Shown here: piece after piece, positions 27,505 through 41,300 of the stretch
How positions within the stretch are numbered: position 1 is the first letter of the stretch
Layout: every line of letters starts with the position of its first letter
NCBI GenBank assembly: GCA_030141605.1
Contig: JAQGDQ010000940.1
Coordinates: forward strand, 14,923-78,922
Reading direction: 5' to 3'
Origin: Tubiluchus corallicola
Lineage: Eukaryota > Animalia > Priapulida
DNA: 64,000 nt
Notes under the pieces: generated by a model
The model's database searches: none
The model's input: the letters and a program-made list of their open reading frames with translations, nothing else
Told to the model about the DNA's origin: nothing
Position numbers and translations under genes: made by a program

Positions 27505-29164
27505 CTGAAATAAAAGCATTTGAAGAATTACATTGTTACACAATGTACATAACATTGGTAATAAAGAACTTTAAATTAAAGTTACAAACTGCATGTTTCT
27601 TTATGTTTTTGTATCGAGGATAATAACAATGTGGTATCGATGTTCAGGAAATGTAACAAGAAAAATTTTAAGAACATTTCCATAAAAGTGACGCTAAAGG
27701 GCGCTTAGTATGACAGACTTGCCATCAGCAAGATATTGCGCAGTTAACTTCAAGCCAGACCCACCAGACTAACTATACGATTTTGCAATTCTTGAAGTGA
27801 CAGATAGCCTGGGGTACTGAACCAGATGTGGCTACAGCACTCTATTTATCAGTAAAGAAAGTCAGCGCTAAGATATTTTCGAACACAAAACACAATATGC
27901 ATCATTTATATGCATCTGTGTTTTTTCAATATGTTTTCAGCCACTGCCACTACGATGACATACGCCAGTAACCGTCATTAATTGTTATGGTCACTTTGTC
28001 TGAATAATGTAAACGATTGTTTCGTTGAATCGCTTGGAGAGTTATACACAGAAATGGCACAGATTATCCTCTGCGCTTGGCCAAAATTGCGAGAATCTTT
28101 GATAAACTGACATCGCGTTAAGTAATTCTTCTATACTCTCGTAAGATAAGCATGTCCTGCACAATGGTGTGGAGCATTCGAACCCTGTCTCATTGAATGA
28201 AACTGGCCACTGTCTTTGAATACTTTAAAATGGGAAAATAACAGTAAAGAAGTCGTCAACGTCAACATTATGAAGCATCAGCCACTTTCCATTTCCGTTT
28301 CAATCTAGCAGTTAGAATCTGGTACGTTTAGATAGAAAAGACTACGTTCAAGTCAAGTTGCTGAAGAATAAAATTTAATTTTGTCTGTTAAACGTTATTA
28401 AAACAAAAATTAATACTGAGTTGTAGCTTCATTCGACGTACGACAGGCTGAAAATTTTTCACGTACTTTTGACAGTTTTTCAGCTCTCACGAGATTAACA
28501 GTTTGTATCAGTTTTGCAAGTGTATATAATTTACGACGTACTTAATTTAGTATAAACGCAGTTTGGGCAGGCTTAGCCCATTCTCCGAGGGGGGGGGGTG
28601 TTCGCGAGAAAATCGTTGGGGTACATTCTGCGTTGCCAACTATCATTGAACTGTGGGAATAATGTAGGCCTGGAATTTGTGATTACACAGTGTGTAAGTC
28701 CCTCTGTTGCTGTTTACAGCACATTTAGCAAAGTTATAAATCCTTACTATGTAAAATGTATTCACCTTCCTGGAATAATATCGTTATTCCTTAGATTCGT
28801 TTTATTCAGGCACCTAGTGGGGGCTCGATCTGCGTTAAAACTTGGAGCTTCGCCGCTGCTAGTTTTATTGAGCCACTGCTATTGGATTTGTAGTAGGCCT
28901 ACTCGATTTTGTACATTTTCAGCCGTGGGAATCAACGGACATCTGTATGTGTTAATCAAACAGAAAAGGTTTGACTAAAGAAAAGAAACGCTAAATGTCT
29001 AGTGATTTATGGCGAGTATGGAGAAGAAATCGGCATTGAGAATACAAGCTTTTTTCTCAGTACAAGGATTTTGAGTCTGTGAGATACCTGACTTGATTTC
29101 TCACTGAATTTACTGGGACTTAATTTAATGGCATAACAGGATATAGGTTTGCTATGTTGTTTTA

Positions 29165-29168
<4 letters not shown>

Positions 29169-29198
<30 letters not shown>
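29169..29198. repeat. (TA)n microsatellite
   Basis: Direct reading. Confidence 0.95.
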
Positions 29199-29199
<1 letters not shown>

Positions 29200-31434
29200 T
29201 GAAGAAGATTCTGGAAGCACCACTTTTTGTCACTTTGCCACAACTAGTTTCATATGTTTATTATAAACATCAGGTGGATTAATGATCTAATCAAAGATAT
29301 ACATTTATGTATGATCTCCATGACTACAATGAATACAATTAAAATGTTTACACATAGCTTTCATTTTAGTCCAGTTGATCACACCTCTATATATATTTTC
29401 AAGCATTGTGTGTGCTAAACAGTAAACTTTGACCATGCCTGGAAGTAAATGAACCATCAACTCGATGGTATTAATACTGCATAGGTTTTCGGTGCTGTAA
29501 TAAAGTTTTAAATGAGATTTCAGTTACACAGTTACACGTAATCGCAAAAACATTTGGCGCATCTGCAAAAAACAACTGAGAGATATTGAGTGCTTGAAGC
29601 TTGAATGAAAACAGTTTGGATAGACGGAGGAAAATCCGTTTTGTTTCCTGCTTTATCACTTGCAGTTCTTCAGGACACTTCCTTCGTTTATGAAATGAAG
29701 CATACTGAATGCACTATTAGCCTATACTAACAATAACTAATCGATAAAATAGTTTCAAGTAAATTTTAGATCATCAATGACTTGTTTCATGCGCAGAGTT
29801 CAATGCTTCTAATGAAACTGCGTTTTACTGTTAGGGAAAATCCACCGACCTGGAACACATAATAATTAGATACAAATTTAGTCGGAGAATAATTTTTAAG
29901 GATAATGCCCAAGGACAAAATAAATTAAATGCCAGTGGTGATATAAACACCACAAGATAGAGACATACGTATTTAAACCAAATTGCAGAAACAAGGCTAC
30001 GTAACCGCAACAGGACAACATCCTAGTTTATAATTGGTGCCAGCTTGATACACATCATAGTGGTCATGCCAAACTCCAACATGATTTGTTTTTAAGTTCT
30101 TACACTTTTTACCGAGCCGCGTCGTTTAGAGTAACACAAACAAAACATGCTGGCGTAAAACGTATACACGTAAGGTATCAAATCTCATCACTTCTGGATT
30201 CCAACAAAAAACCTAACTGAAGTTTGTAAAGTGGGTTAAATAATCCTGTAAAGCTGTACCTTACCACGCGAAACCTGGATAGCTTCTACAATATAACTTG
30301 TGTTTTTAGTATACAGTTTATGGTTATGGTTTGCACATAATTATATAATTTCCAAAGTTTGTGGTTATGGTTTGCAGATAATTATATAATTTCCACATAA
30401 TTATAGCCTTCACGAGATACACATTGTATTCACATGCAGAGCATCATAAGAAGTTTTATATCTTTCTTATTTCAAAAATTTGTTCTGGAATAAAATTTTG
30501 AATAGTTTTTGGGTAAAATATTAAAAAAACGAAATTTTTGCTTTAGAAAATTCAACATTCATAAAGAGAAAATTAAGTCCATTAGAGTCCATTTTTCCTC
30601 TGATTTTTATCTACAGAATTCTTTACCAGAAATTTATTGTCCTAGAAGCTATATTTTCATTTGATTCCAGAAGAATACCAGCATATACGTATGTATGTAA
30701 TTTACTGACCAACAAAGTTATAATAAGGTTACAAATTGCAGGATACATTCTATTACTTGCAAATTGTTTACGTGTCACCCACCCTCTTACCTTGAGTGGC
30801 TAATGGCCTTCTTTGGGTCGATTTGTATAAAAACGGATGTAAATAAATATTTTTGGTCACCTCGTATGAGCAAGCAAGTGTAAACTCTGCTTGTTTGCAA
30901 GATGATGATTGGTATTGGTACACGGAAACTGTCAGCAGTCAACACTGCTGGAGCCGTCAAAGCGGTTCACAAGTGATTGCGAGCTTGCTGAGATACGCGG
31001 AAAAAACACCAAGAAATATTTTGCTGCAGAAAAACTGATTGAAAAACCATGTTTCGTTTATATAATATTTTAATCGACGCCCGTCGTGGAACAGCTTGTC
31101 TTGATTAAAGAAGCTGGAATAGTTTCGCGCTTACGAGATCATTAACCTCCAAATAATTCAGCAACCACCTAAGATAAAGGATGTACGTTCTAATCTAATC
31201 TGTGGTAAAAACAGCAGCAAAATATCCTTGGCTTCACTGACTGCTTAGTGGTGAGACTTCTTGGCCTGTCAGTCGCTCATTTTTTACAAGCTAGTGAATT
31301 CTCCGCCTATCAGTTCATTTGAAAAAACGTTTCAACACAACAACAACTAAACCAGTGTTTTCCCAAATAAACCTCAGCCATAACTTGGCAAGCATTGCTG
31401 TATAAGAGGATAATTTAGGATTAATCCAAGCCAA

Positions 31435-32285
31435 GTTTATTACAGGCACATAAAAACATTTATAGTTAAAAACAACGCAACTTTATTAAAAACTTTTACA
31501 TGAAAAAGTTAAAATCATGCCAAACGTTTCGACTAGCTGCTGCTGTCATCATCAGTGGTAAATTTACAAACATACAAGCAGTTTACATAGGCAGGACCTA
31601 TTATGCACTAATTAAGTATTTAACAGAAGCCAAATAAATAATAGTTAAATAGGCTAGTAAAGAAATTGATACAGTAACTTATGCACTAATTATGTATTTA
31701 TAAAAGACAAATACGTAATGAATAAGCAGACCAGTAGAAAAGAAACTGATACAGTAAATTATGCACTAATTAAGTAGTTAACAGAAGCCAAATAGGTAAC
31801 GAATAAACAGACCAGTAAAGAAATTGATACAGCAACTTAAACACTAATCAGGTAGACCTGAAGAAAAGAAATTGATACAGTAACAAGTTAAAGGAATTGA
31901 ACTGCTTTGTACATTAAAAGAAGGGTCATTATGGTACATAGATAAACTTTCTTTGATTAATGAGTCCCAGACTCCCAGTTATTTGTACCTCTTATTATTT
32001 ACAGATTTCAGTGCAGCAGCTGCAATGTTGCTTACCATGGCAAAATATCCAAACACTTTAAACTAAGTAAGAACTGGTGTTGTGAACATTTGGGTATTTC
32101 TTCTAGAGCTGGCAAAAAATTAAAAATTCTCCTCAATCAAGCATATTTGTGCTTCTGGACACAAAGCTTATTTTAATAAATTCAGCATTGTGACCAGAGT
32201 TACAAATAACTGGGACTTATTAATAACAGAAAGTTTATCTTAATGTAAAAGTTTTTAATAAAGTTGTGTTGTTTTTAATTATAAT
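31435..32285 (-). mobile_element. Penelope-like element remnant (GIY-YIG C-terminus, internal ~70-bp tandem repeats, pLTR-like end) with an inverted partial copy
   Basis: Minus strand ~31880-31960 reads LIKESLSMYHNDPSFNVQSSSIPL, a PLE GIY-YIG tail. Plus strand ~32180-32240 reads FSIVTRVTNNWDLLITESLS. The segment aaaagtttttaataaagttg...ttttaa.tata occurs inverted at ~31460-31500 and ~32245-32285, with another copy at ~37655-37715. Confidence 0.75.
31520..31558 (-). ncRNA. Minimal type I hammerhead ribozyme motif (Penelope-associated)
   Basis: CCA-CUGAUGA-U-GAC(agcagcagcua)GUC-GAAAC-GUU-UGG: core boxes, stem I CCA/UGG, stem II GAC/GUC and palindromic AACGUU stem III. Confidence 0.75.
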
Positions 32286-34990
32286 TAAAGATCATTAAAG
32301 CAGCTATATAACTGCAAGTGTATATACCTGTAGCACACCAGTGATACCGTGACTGCAATGTTGTATGTGCAATATTTGATGCTAAATATTGATGAAATTG
32401 TAGCTAAATTTCATGCTGACAATTAGGCACCAAATGAATCGTGCTTGATGATGGTAACAGTCCCAGCGGAGGCACTGCTGTTAATGTTGTAATCATTAAG
32501 CGTCTTTGGTGATCAAATATGTTCCTCGTTGGGTGATGGCGTCATCATTATAATGTGATATTCGGTCATTTCTATTTACCTACAATTATTATCACCAAAC
32601 GATGGCTTTTTTGTTAAAAAAGTACTGTAATAATTAAATTGCTGACCGTGTTACTTTACCATGATTAAAATGTTTGTATCCAGCAAAGCCAAAATCACAA
32701 TACTGAAAATGATTTTATTTACATTTCAATTGTGCCGCGTATAAACGAATAGTATATGTTGGTTTCAGGTTTTAGATACAAATTTCTATGGTTTCCACTG
32801 GGCATTTTTACAGTGTCAATGTTGCTTCTGTAAAACTGTGGTAACCAAATTTTTGTGTTGGTATTATAATGAATATTATACATGTACACATATTATGCGT
32901 ATTATATGCACATAATATTATACATAATATATATTCTGCTCATAAAATGTAAATAATACAATCAGGCTATTTTCTCACAAAAATTAGAAACAGTGAGATA
33001 ATTCAACCAGATCTCTCTACGTGGGGCAAATTGGTTTCATGGAAGCACCTTGTGGACCATTTTATGGTTCCTTAGTATAAACGTGTCTCTTTCATAGAAA
33101 CTTATCCTGTAAAAAGGCGATTCAAACTTTCCCACAATCTGCTCGGCATTAAGCAGTTAATTTCTGGCACTCAAATTCCAAATTTTATTTTGTTCAATAA
33201 CCCCCCTGAGGTCTCAGTAGGTACGTGAATGAAATATTTCGTCGAGCACATCAGCAAGGTGTAAGCAAGTTGTTATCCAGATCACACGTGGTTTCAATAA
33301 GGCAGCGCATTGAAGACGATAGTTTGGATGTTTATGAGATAATCAGTCAAGGATATGTTTCCTCTAGGCGCATACACGCGAAGTCTCAACATTGAATGTG
33401 ATTCATAATATGCTTATGATATGAGCGATTGAAAAAAATAATGATTGTGGACTAACTTACTCTTGCTTTTACATGAATACCGAGATATAGGTGTTTAACA
33501 GTAATTTATGTGAACAGCCCTTCTAGTCATCTGTCATACCTGCCATGAAGTTTACAATTACACACACCATTATTTAACTCAACATGCGTTAAACTGAAAC
33601 ACTTACAGATGAAATAATCGTTTGCCATAGCTGTGTTAATGATATTTAGTAGAACGTCATTTTTAGAAGTGAAAAACCATCAATGATAGCAGTGTTAACA
33701 AAAATGCAGTTTCCGGTCAACTTCTAAACGCTTCAGATGCGATGGCTGTTATCGCAACTTTTAACTAGTAGGCTAAAATGCGAAGTCCCCACACAAATTT
33801 CTGTTTGCAAGCGAAGCGATTGGTGATATAAACACCAAATTTTCATAGTACAGTATAGCTTTGCCACCTCTTTCAAAAGTATTGTGACTCTACAGCCAAA
33901 TTGTAGCACTCTTGGTACATCCATAAATAAACGCAGTGGTTTATTTGTAGTTGGTTTATTTATAAATAAACGCAAGTTTATTTATAATATCCTTGTAGTT
34001 GGTGAAGTCATTTTTGTGGCTTAGTAATCGCTTCTCCCATCATGCCATTAGAACAAAAAATTTCTTCGTATAACGCGACACGATTTTATCTTAAATGAAA
34101 GAACATGAATTTAATGGCTTAGAGTGAATATATTACACTGTTGATACTGCCAAAATATGCAGATAAGGATCATCACAGGTCATCTGAGTCGTGTGGAAGT
34201 GTCTTCTAAAACGCAAAGATTTTGTTTAATCTATATATAAATATATAATACAATTAAATCTTTATTATTTTGTCTTTAAAATAGTTCACTCATTACAATA
34301 AAATTGAGTAAACCTCAGCCTCACGACGAATGCGTTCAGTGCAACTAAAAATAATAAAGAGCAAAACTAAAATACTAATAATACACAAATTTACAAACAC
34401 AGTCTTAGCGAGCTCATAGATTGAAAGACTAAATAAAAAACATTAAAATTTAACAGAATCTGTTAAATTTTATTACACCTCTGTTAGGCACAATTATACT
34501 GGAACTTGAACGTCATTATTAATGCTGAGATATTGCGCATCACTAAAGATCTTGACACAAGCCGTACAGAGGTCAAATTCTCAAAAAGGCGAACAAATCT
34601 ATTCTCGAAACCAACTTCAAAGGAGCAAGTCGAGTGCCGTGGACCGGTTGCATAATCTGGAGGAAATTTTTAACCGAATTTAAAAAACAAGTTTTAAATC
34701 ACATGCAGATGTGTGGACAGAAGTGTTAACTCAGCACCTTCTTGCAGTCTGTCCGCAAATGCAAGAAAAGCATGCAGTTAACGAACGCAGTATGTACGTC
34801 AAAGTACTTGTTTTCCAGAAAACAATATGCATCTAACTTTATGTACAAATTTTAAACAACACTTTTGTATGCTGGCAACGCTGTTGGCAAAAATTTTTGA
34901 AGCTAGTACCTATCCTACATCCAAAAATTTTCAGATTACACCTTTAATGTGTTATAGAGTACACTTCGGAATTTGAAAAGTCGAATACCT

Positions 34991-35060
34991 TTGTGGTGTA
35001 ATGGTTTGCATAGCTGCTCCGAAAGTAAAAGGATTTACGTTCAAAACTGCGGTAGTGCAA
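34991..35060 (+). mobile_element. tRNA-derived SINE head / tRNA-like remnant
   Basis: A-box TGGTGTAATGG and B-box-like GTTCAAAAC at tRNA-like spacing; no intact cloverleaf. Confidence 0.45.
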
Positions 35061-37513
35061 AATTTTTAAAATTTTCTAATTTAATATTGTTTCATGCGCT
35101 TATGTATTGAAAAAAAGCACAATAGATAGGTTTTAATTCACACATAATTTTAACAACATAGAGTTAATCAATAAACTAATTACAGACATTAAATGCTGTG
35201 TAAATTATACTAATTACAGTAAGAGTTAAGAATCTAAAGAACTAGCAAAAAATTGCATGAACTTACGTTCTGTGTTTACACGCATGCGCAAGTATTGTTG
35301 TTGAAGTTGCAGTTAGCACAGAATTGTGTTTTCTTTGGCCGTAACTTTACACTGTCCAAACAAAACAGTTAATCTCACTTTAGGTTCAGATGACCTTAAC
35401 ACATCACTACTTACCACGCAGATTAAATATTGTTTCTTGAAATTAAAAGAAATTCGAGCTAAATATAGTTAACAAAAAAATTGCTCCAAAAACATATAGG
35501 TCACCATAGGTATATGCAGTGGCCAAAAATTCGGTGAGTTTTCCGTTTATGGTTGCACGAAATTTGGATACAACTAAACAAATGTTGTTTACATTTCCTT
35601 TCGTCTTGATCTCAGGCTGATCTGCGTGTGGGCAGTTTTGACGCTGAAGAAAATGTATGGTGTTCTCACTGAATTTTTTTCAGAATAACCTAGATGAAAG
35701 TAATCACACTAATTTTCACTCTGCCGCTCGAAGACCCAGAATCTCTTTACTCCGACGATAGATCGATTTGCAACTTCAAAACTACCTAAAGCTTCCAACG
35801 TGATTTCAAGAGTAAATCTTTACAATTCATTATTTTAAGAAAAAACAACACAATGCAGCCCGTAACCTATTATGAATTGGTTTTAAGGTGCTGTGTGTGC
35901 GACTGAGCAAGTGCTATTTACAAAAGGCGGCTGATGTCCTCCTGTCCAGGTTACTGAAGTTCACGTTGAGACAGAACTGGTAGATTTGCACTTTTGGAGT
36001 CTTGTGAATAACAACAGAATCTAATATTTGCCGTCATAAATTTGAGAGTGGTTTCCGTGCAGGGTGGCTAATAACCAATACAGGAACAACATTATCTTGT
36101 TTTTTTTTTCTGATTATTTCGCTTAATAATACAGCCCTTATCTGTAAGGTACCAGATGATTTATACGGGGCGAAAATATGCAATTATTAATTAGGCCTGA
36201 ATTAAAAAAATAATCACATAATTCGGCCTTCAATAAAGTGTTACTTAAAATGCGTTTGAGAGACTTCTTGGGCGAGAAATAGTTGACAAAAAACTTATCT
36301 AGTGCTGGTGTCTATGGAGTAAAAACCTTGTCGCCCCATCTTCTTCCCGCTTGCATTCATAAAAAAATATTCTACGCCAACGCTCCGTCAGCAGATCTGG
36401 GTCTGTGTGGCTTCACAAGAATTGAAGCCACGTATCAGCCCAATTATACTGTTTTGGCTCCATGAGCTAGTCTGTTTGACCCAATGGTCCATGAAATGGA
36501 ACATTTCGTCACGCCCTGTATGAACCAACAGCACGGAAAGCATAAATAACCCAATAAACACTACAGTTTGGCTTTAAATTCATTATTCATAATTTCGTCA
36601 ACGGTTCGGCCGGCTGCAACAAACCACAACCAGATGTGAACTGAGATTCCAATCCGGTTTGTCCGAACCGACAGATGAAAATTGCCCACAGCTAGAAGTC
36701 CACTCGGCTTCTCTTAAATCTTTTAAATTACAGACAAGTTGGTCAGCCTAAGCGTTATAAACATGTGGTGTCTTTAAGAGTTTGCAAGATGAACAGTTTA
36801 GCACAGCAGCAAAATCAACCAGACTTTATTCATATAAATCAACTGAGAATAATTTGTGATTACAATGAAACATTGCCTTGACACGGCAAGTCGACGACCT
36901 GGAAATAGGAAAAGAGCCATGTGAAAAAACATGGTTGTACGTGAAAAGGAAAAGTGTTTCGTTGTTATAGAGCAGTGAAAGGAATGTGTAAATAAACAAG
37001 AAAAAGCCAGAGAAACAGAAAGCCAAGGAACCAAGCAGTTGTGATACATGTTTCGGCTTTTGAGTCAAATTTTGATCACATCCAATCTACACGTATATTG
37101 TTTCATGCACTGATTTAGTTGTAAAATTTGTAATTATTGCTTGCTGCTGTAAGTAGTAATCATTAAAATTAATAATTATAGATCTTTCTATATTATTTTT
37201 ATACGTCAAGTCCTACAGACTACAGTCCTGCAGACATTTTTATACAGACGAAAACGGCGTCAAGTAGTAAAACAAACAATAGTCAACTGAAATACCTGCA
37301 TACCTAATACACTACAAATGGTTATGGGAAAACCGCACAGATGTACAACAAGTTAGGAAAACTGAGCAAGTAGCGAACAAGTAATTGGAAAAATCTTTGC
37401 TCCCTGAAAAAAGAGGCTGGAGTGAAAGTAAATATTTTCCTTCTCAGCGTTATAAATTCGTCAGTAAATCAGGCGATCTCTTCGCTACTGTTCTACGTCA
37501 CAAGCCTTGAGTT

Positions 37514-37515
<2 letters not shown>

Positions 37516-37577
<62 letters not shown>

Positions 37578-37608
37578 CTACCATCACCGTTACCATCATC
37601 ATCATCAC
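37516..37608. repeat. (TCA)n microsatellite
   Basis: Direct reading. Confidence 0.95.
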
Positions 37609-37735
37609 AACTCTATTAAAACTTTTACTTGACTGATTTACTTTATTGTGAATTAAAAGTTTTAATAAAGTTGTTGTGTTTTAACTATAAATGTTTTTAA
37701 GTGGCTGTGATAAAAAAACATTAGTAATATATTAT

Positions 37736-38314
37736 TATTATTATCATTACTGAGTTGCTGTGTTAAGTCAAGGACTATCATTATCATTACTGAGTTGCTG
37801 TGTTAAGTCTAGGACTATCATTATCATTACTGAGTTGCCGTGTTAAGTCTAGGACTATCATTATCATTACTGAGTTGCTGTGTTAAGTCTAGGACTATCA
37901 TTATCATTACTGAGTTGCCGTGTTAAGTCTAGGACTATCATTATCATTACTGAGTTGCTGTGTTAAGTCTAGGACTATCATTGAGTTGCCGTGTTAAGTC
38001 TAGGACTATCATTATCATTACTGAGTTGCCGTGTTAAGTCTAGGACTATTATTATCATTACTGAGTTGCCGTGTTAAGTCTAGGACTATCATTATCATTA
38101 CTGAGTTGCCGTGTTAAGTCTAGGACTATCATTGAGTTGCCGTGTTAAGTCTAGGACTATCATTATCATTACTGAGTTGCTGTGTTAAGTCTAGGACTAT
38201 CATTATCATTACTGAGTTGCTGTGTTAAGTCTAGGACTATCATTATCATTACTGAGTTGCTGTGTTAAATCTAGGACTATCATTATCATTATTGAGTTGC
38301 TGTGTTAAGTCTAG
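37736..38314. repeat. 40-bp minisatellite, ~15 copies
   Basis: Unit ttatcattactgagttgc(t/c)gtgttaagtctaggactatca; two units (from ~37981 and ~38132) are 31-bp deletion variants. Confidence 0.95.
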
Positions 38315-41300
38315 TATTCTAGTTTTTACGCCTAGTATACACTTGAATTGCACTGTTAATTGCATTTATATAAAATTTGGTCAGACAGCATAATATAAAC
38401 ATATCTAAAGCAGACATCTAGACTAGACTGCTCAGCACGCATTCATCATTTGTGACAGGAACCACGGATGGCTTCAAATACCAACCCATTGGCTTCACTT
38501 ACATGCAAAACAGACGCAGCTGCGTAATGTTATATAAACATAATCGCATATTTCTCCAACATAAACTATTTAATTTTTTTCACACACCAAAAATTCGTTC
38601 TTCATTGGAATGTGGTTGTCCCCGTGCACCTGACACGTGCACGTCTTGGGGAGTGATTTGTGTGCTCAGAGGACAGGCCTACGAAAAGTGACATACTAAA
38701 AAATTTTTTTCAATGAAAAATAACTATAAGATGTAAAAATAACACGAAGTTGAAGGAGCAGTGACTTCGTATTTGAGTTCGCCATCTGCAGTCTAACTAA
38801 CTCTACCGTTTCACTGATTCAAACATTGGAATTTTTTGGAGCAAGTTACTGTAAAGATTTCTTGTCTGGCGTTATAGACCGCAAGTGTTATCAGCGTTTG
38901 TGTGCCTTGCCCGATTCCCCTTTCCCCGGAAGAAGAGGGCCTATGATGTTGTTATGCACAAGGCCTACGAAAGGCAAAGGACGGGATTGCACTGTGTCTG
39001 TAAACGCTAGCTTTCATATTTCAATCAGATTAAGTGCACTCAAATTCATAAGTCCAATGAAACCACATTTAAAGCTTTCAAAAGGTGTCTGTATTATATA
39101 CTGTTCCTCTCTCTGTTTGGGCTTTCAAAACCAAATTTGAAGCTAGATTACATTTTGCTCTTTCTTCCTTCTTTATTTACCAAAATATATCATTCCATCT
39201 AAACAAAACCATAAACAAATGACAAAAAATAAAAAACACTAGCCAAATGTCAATTTTACATAATTCAGAGTTTCATACCGCATCGTCGCATTAATCAATA
39301 AATAGCTGTTATCTAATAGTAAATTTCAATCTTATAAAGTAATTTGAGTAAATACGTACGTTTTTAGCCCCAAATCATAAGCAATTGCAACAGATAACGA
39401 CAACATTTAATCAACCCACCATGACACGTCCTCACTTCACACGCCTCTGACCCCGATCAAATTGATCACGTGTCCGGGCCAAAAAAATCGCCACAAGGTG
39501 GCCAAAGCCAACAAGTTGCAACAACAAGTGAAGGCCGCAAAGCACGCCAATGCCAGATTTCCAGTACACTCTCTATCCACGTAAAATTTCGAGCTGAACT
39601 ATCAATTTGTCGTGATCATAATAAAAAATATTGCTGACACTTTAAACAGATTCAAATTTGAAGAATTGAACAACGTGTATAAACTAACTGTATTTTGTCA
39701 TTTAGCGTAACATTATTATCGCCTATAAACGTATATGAATTAACACATTCAGTCACATGTTCAGTGTGCACATTTCTACTGGAAAACACGGAAAACTTCT
39801 TCACGAATACCTCGCAACGACAAATTAAGGCTACCCCATGTGACGACTAGGCCCTGGCTCAGGTCCATACATCTGTAATTCCAACCCAAGAACGTAGGCT
39901 TAAATAAGCGACAGAAATGTAGATACAGTAGTGTTCTTTTATGGAAGATTAAAACATAAAGATGAAGCATAAAAATTAAAACAATTTTAACATAGGACAT
40001 AATAAGCATCTCTGATATTATTCAGCATACTATCATGTTTTACTTGACATCAGGCCCTTCTCCCTCGACTCCTAGGCGGTGTAGGGTCCAAACATTGCTA
40101 ATCCGCCCCACCGGGTCCGTAAATTCGTAAAGAAATAGTTATGACGAGGAAAACTTGGTTGTGGAGATCGTTAATCTACGCTGACGCGTAAACACGCAAT
40201 GGAAATTTTGTCCTGAAAATCATGAAGCCTCACTCGTTTAGGCTAAGCTTCTATCATTTATGAAGCATGTTAAACAGTTCCAGCTGTAAAGAACCATCTT
40301 TAGCACTTCTAATAAGATGCCCGATAAAAAATCAACAGTTTAACTAACTTAACACCAGCAAACAAAAACATTTTGAGTATTTTAGATTCAATAATGAAAT
40401 CAATTCCATGAGCTTCAATTTAAACGAAATGGCTACGTATGACAGTGAATTAAAATTTACAGTAAAAATAGTTAAAACAGCTATAATTTTGGATTACGTA
40501 TTAGCTTTAAATTAGCGTAAAAATGAAAAAAGTTATGGTTACAAATAAAAACACAGAGCTGTATTAAAATCATTACAGTGATGTAAAAAGTCCCAAATGT
40601 AATAGAGTATCGGTCATTCCCGGAAAAGGAACAAGCTCCGATTGCCGATAACTAAAAACAAGAGTTTCAAGACCATCCCAATTACGTATTAAGCTGCATA
40701 TTCGTAGAATGAATCAAATGGGTTTGGGTTTTCTTCTCCAACCGTGTTGTTTAAGTATGGAATTCCTTACCGGATTCAGTAAATGATGCACCTTTGGTCA
40801 CTAAACAATTCTAAACATTTCAAAAATAGATTGAAGTTTTTGAATTTTGATAAAAAGCTTGTGTATGAAAGGCGTGTGTAAACAGCTTGCCTCTTTACAT
40901 CTTTCCCCACATTCATGTTTCCATTGTTTTATAGTTTATCTTTTAATGAATGTGAAACAAAATAAATAAATAAATAATGGTTCATTTATTGATTGGACTC
41001 GACTGCTGAAGAAACCAGAACGGGACTTAGATAGACAATAACAAAGATATTTTGCTTGCACATTAAAATGACACTATTTCGTGTTTTCGGTGTTCAAACT
41101 GAATACTGTCTTTGTAAACTTATCACTTCTACGTAACGCCAACAGAGCCTGTTCTAAAACCGAATTTGCCCCTCCCCAGCCACGAATTTCGACCAAACCT
41201 GGACTGATGCGGACATGTTATCAACTCCTCACAGAAAGCACACAACTGTAAAGCAAGGCTGTTGAGTGAAGGGCGTAGTTTATTTGGGTGGTAGGAAGTG

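Noticed and set aside
29620-29678. Hammerhead-like CUGAAGA-a-CUGC..GCAG-GAAAC on the minus strand
   Set aside because: An extra AAAAC interrupts stem III and stem I does not pair; at most a dead remnant.
37736-38314. Regular short repeats resembling a CRISPR array
   Set aside because: No unique spacers, no cas genes and a eukaryotic context; it is a minisatellite.
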